Shown here piece after piece: positions 61,316-64,000 of a stretch of 64,000 nucleotides of DNA (position 1 is its first letter; each line of letters opens with the position of its first letter). A model generated the notes under the pieces. It made no database searches and was not told the DNA's origin. It saw only the letters and a program-made list of their open reading frames with translations. The stretch comes from a virus (Duplodnaviria; Caudoviricetes): positions 1 through 64,000 of IMG/VR virus record IMGVR_UViG_3300010885_059224; one strand, written 5' to 3'. The position numbers and the translations under genes were made by a program.

Positions 61316-64000
61316 ATGAGCGACACAAAAGTAGAAGTAAAACCCAGAGGAGGACCCGGGGCGAAATATATGATTGTATTCTCCCATCCCACCAAGGACG
61401 ACCTTCAGGTTGCTCATTTTGGTAGGTCTGGGGGATCAGCCAATGAAGTATTAGATGCCCTGGAAGAGGCAGAGATACCAGTAGAAGAATGCTACTTCAC
61501 TGCTATGGTAAGAAATGGCATAGGTAGCAAGCCAAAGCCACCAGCAGAAGATATAGAATTCTGGAGTGAAAAGCTGGATAAGGAGATAGAAGAAATCAAA
61601 CCACAGCTAATCATTAGTCTAGGCGCTGAAGTATTCAAGAGAATCATGAAAACCAATATGAAGGTAGGAGACTACCTCGGTGAAATCATAGATTCCCCAT
61701 ACGGTAAGCTACTAGCTAATTATTCACCAGGAATGGTCACGGTTCAGGATCCTACAAAACGTCCTGAGTTTAGAGATATATTCATGCTAGCCAAAAAAGC
61801 AGTGGATAATAATCTCCAGTACCAAGAGTATACATACAAGATAGTGGATAGTCCTGAAGAGAATATAGCCATACTAAAAGACTATATATCCAGGGAAATG
61901 TTCTCTATTGGTTATGATGCTGAGTGGTATGGGAGTAAATTCACTGATGATGAGGTGATGTATGAGTTTCAATACTCTTGCGAAAAGCATGTGGCCGTGG
62001 TTCTTAACATATCCAAGGATGGTGTGACAGAGAACCGTGAGCTACTAGATACCATGAAGCTTATTCTAGAGCATCCTAAAGCAGATAGGCTAGGCTGGAA
62101 TATACGCGCTGACGATATCAGGTTGACCTATAGAGGGTTTAAACTAGCGGATGAGACTCTAGGGTTTGATGGTATGAAGGCAGTGGCTTTCTTTGACTCT
62201 AGAATGGCCAAGGGCCTAGAAACAGGCATTAAGAAGTTTACTAACTATGAGCCATACTATGTTCCTTTCTATCGTAAGATGAAAGAGCATAAGTTGCCAA
62301 AGGCAGCATTAGCAAAGATGAAGTTCTTTGAACCTGACACATATTATCATTATTGTGCTGGTGATGCTGTGGCTCATCGTGAAGCGTGTTTAAGAATGCG
62401 TGAGGGTTTCCCAAAAGAGCTAAAGGGTTATTATGACGGTGTTTATCTACCTCTCACAAATTACTTCCTGGATATGGAGCTTACCGGCATACCCATAGAC
62501 CTTGATGTATTAAATGAGATCACTGATAAATATTTGAATAAATATAACAGCTTGAGAGAGGAGATGGATACCTTTATGGATAACCACTTTGGTATCAAGG
62601 GGTTCAATCCTAACTCTTCACTGCAAAAGAAAGAATTCTTATTCAGTACTTTGGCGTTACCTCCTGCATACTATACAAAAGCAGGAAAGTCACCAAAGCC
62701 TAGAGTATGGTACGAGAAGCAGAGCCCCCAAACACAAAGGCTATTCTCACCTAGCACAAATGGTAAATCCCTATCCACCATCAAGTTCGAACTAGAGGAG
62801 GATATGGAGGAGAACGACTCTGAAGATCTAAAAGTCAAGCACAAGGCGGTAGAACTATTGTTGAATATTTCCAGAATAGGAGTATTCGCTACTAAGTTCT
62901 TATCCAAGAAAGGTGTGGTCATGGATGAATCAGAGTTAGAGGATGGCGATGATGATGAACCACTAAAGCAGAGTTATTGGGCGGCGATTGCTAATGACGG
63001 AAGAGTACATGCAAGCTTCTTTGAGCTTCTTAAAAACTTCCGAGCATCTAGCTCTCCAAACGTCCAAAATCCTGCATCAAAGGTGTTGGCTCACATCCCT
63101 AATATCTTCGTGCCTGGTTATTCATTAATGACCAAGGACGAACAAGCTAATCACAACAGTAAGCTACCAGACAACATCAGGAATATATTCTACTCCGGTA
63201 GTCAGGATTATCATTGGGTAGAGCTAGACATTGCAGGTGCAGACCTTGCAATTATGGCATTCCTTAGCAGGGATGAAGCGTTTATCAAGGATATCAGAGC
63301 AGGAAATTTCCATCAAACCAAGATGCGAGAATACTTCCAAGACCCTGGGTTATCCAAGAAAGATGTTTCTAAATATGTTATCGCAAAGAGTATCACATTT
63401 CGTGTTTCTTATACTGCAGGACTGGACTATGCCGCAATTCCTATTCAGGCTGAGATTTACGCTGAAAACGGACTACATGTTCCGCTAGAGCTGATTCAAT
63501 ATGCTTTGGAAACCTGGAAGAGATATAGTACATACATGGGGTATAGAGAAGAATGTAATGCTGAGGTTAACGCTTACGAAAGAATATCTAATGCCAGAGG
63601 TATGCAGTTATCATATGAAAAAACAGACAATTTCGGAATCAAGGCAGGTTGGCTGAATGAGAGTTTAGCTTTTCCTGTGGCTTCTGAATTGGCGTTGTTC
63701 ATGTGGCATGCTTCTGTGAACATCAGAAAATTCCTAAAGAGTGAGGGCCTCTGGATGAAATATATTTATCCTGTTAATGTGGTACATGATGCTAACTACT
63801 GGATTGCTCACAAAGATCTTATGAAAGATAACTATCTTCCTGAGATACTAAGACATGTCTTCTGTGATTACACAAGAATCGCCACAGGAGATAAACTAGG
63901 TTGTGAGTTAGTTGTTAGTGACAGATGGAAAGGTAAGAAGAAATTCTTCGAGAAAGAAACAGTTTGGAACAATCAGACCCAATCATGGGACTGGAGCCAT
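61316..64000 (+). CDS. polA: Family A DNA polymerase with N-terminal UDG-like and 3'-5' exonuclease domains (runs off the window; absent from the ORF track)
   Basis: UDG-like IKPQLIISLG; Exo I GYDAEW, Exo II GWNIRADD, Exo III YCAGDA; DGRVH, RASSSPNVQN, motif A LDIAGADL, motif B AKSITFRVSY, motif C VHDA. Confidence 0.9.
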   Translation, partial: MSDTKVEVKPRGGPGAKYMIVFSHPTKDDLQVAHFGRSGGSANEVLDALEEAEIPVEECYFTAMVRNGIGSKPKPPAEDIEFWSEKLDKEIEEIKPQLIISLGAEVFKRIMKTNMKVGDYLGEIIDSPYGKLLANYSPGMVTVQDPTKRPEFRDIFMLAKKAVDNNLQYQEYTYKIVDSPEENIAILKDYISREMFSIGYDAEWYGSKFTDDEVMYEFQYSCEKHVAVVLNISKDGVTENRELLDTMKLILEHPKADRLGWNIRADDIRLTYRGFKLADETLGFDGMKAVAFFDSRMAKGLETGIKKFTNYEPYYVPFYRKMKEHKLPKAALAKMKFFEPDTYYHYCAGDAVAHREACLRMREGFPKELKGYYDGVYLPLTNYFLDMELTGIPIDLDVLNEITDKYLNKYNSLREEMDTFMDNHFGIKGFNPNSSLQKKEFLFSTLALPPAYYTKAGKSPKPRVWYEKQSPQTQRLFSPSTNGKSLSTIKFELEEDMEENDSEDLKVKHKAVELLLNISRIGVFATKFLSKKGVVMDESELEDGDDDEPLKQSYWAAIANDGRVHASFFELLKNFRASSSPNVQNPASKVLAHIPNIFVPGYSLMTKDEQANHNSKLPDNIRNIFYSGSQDYHWVELDIAGADLAIMAFLSRDEAFIKDIRAGNFHQTKMREYFQDPGLSKKDVSKYVIAKSITFRVSYTAGLDYAAIPIQAEIYAENGLHVPLELIQYALETWKRYSTYMGYREECNAEVNAYERISNARGMQLSYEKTDNFGIKAGWLNESLAFPVASELALFMWHASVNIRKFLKSEGLWMKYIYPVNVVHDANYWIAHKDLMKDNYLPEILRHVFCDYTRIATGDKLGCELVVSDRWKGKKKFFEKETVWNNQTQSWDWSH

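Noticed and set aside
62589-63488. Short ORFs listed in the last 2.7 kb
   Set aside because: Off-frame or antisense shadows of the polymerase gene, which is open from 61316 to the window end

Overview
A 64-kb piece of a large (jumbo-type) tailed-phage genome with a contractile tail, standard genetic code, almost all on the + strand. It has three zones. (1) 1-32.8 kb is a tail/baseplate module: sheath, tube, VgrG/gp5-like spike, a -1 frameshifted chaperone pair, tape measure, hub, gp25- and J-like wedge proteins, an embedded sigma70-family factor, and five tandem paralogous NxN..YP fibre-like proteins. (2) 33.5-39.9 kb is a dense RNA island: tmRNA with a 31-aa tag, six tRNAs, a pistol self-cleaving ribozyme and about a dozen unassigned structured RNAs, most closed by a terminal stem, two of them 6S-sized rods and two apparent paralogs. 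(3) 39.9-64 kb covers packaging, recombination and replication: an isolated tRNA-Met, TerL, two AAA+ ATPases including a Ycf46/DUF3150/DUF1257/DUF2997-like operon, an AT-hook protein, SbcD/SbcC, SF2 helicase, primase, DnaB and a divergent UDG-fused family A DNA polymerase that runs off the window. The ribozyme-punctuated ncRNA array is the best candidate for an undescribed system. All calls come from reading motifs and base-pairing by eye; no database search or folding program was run.
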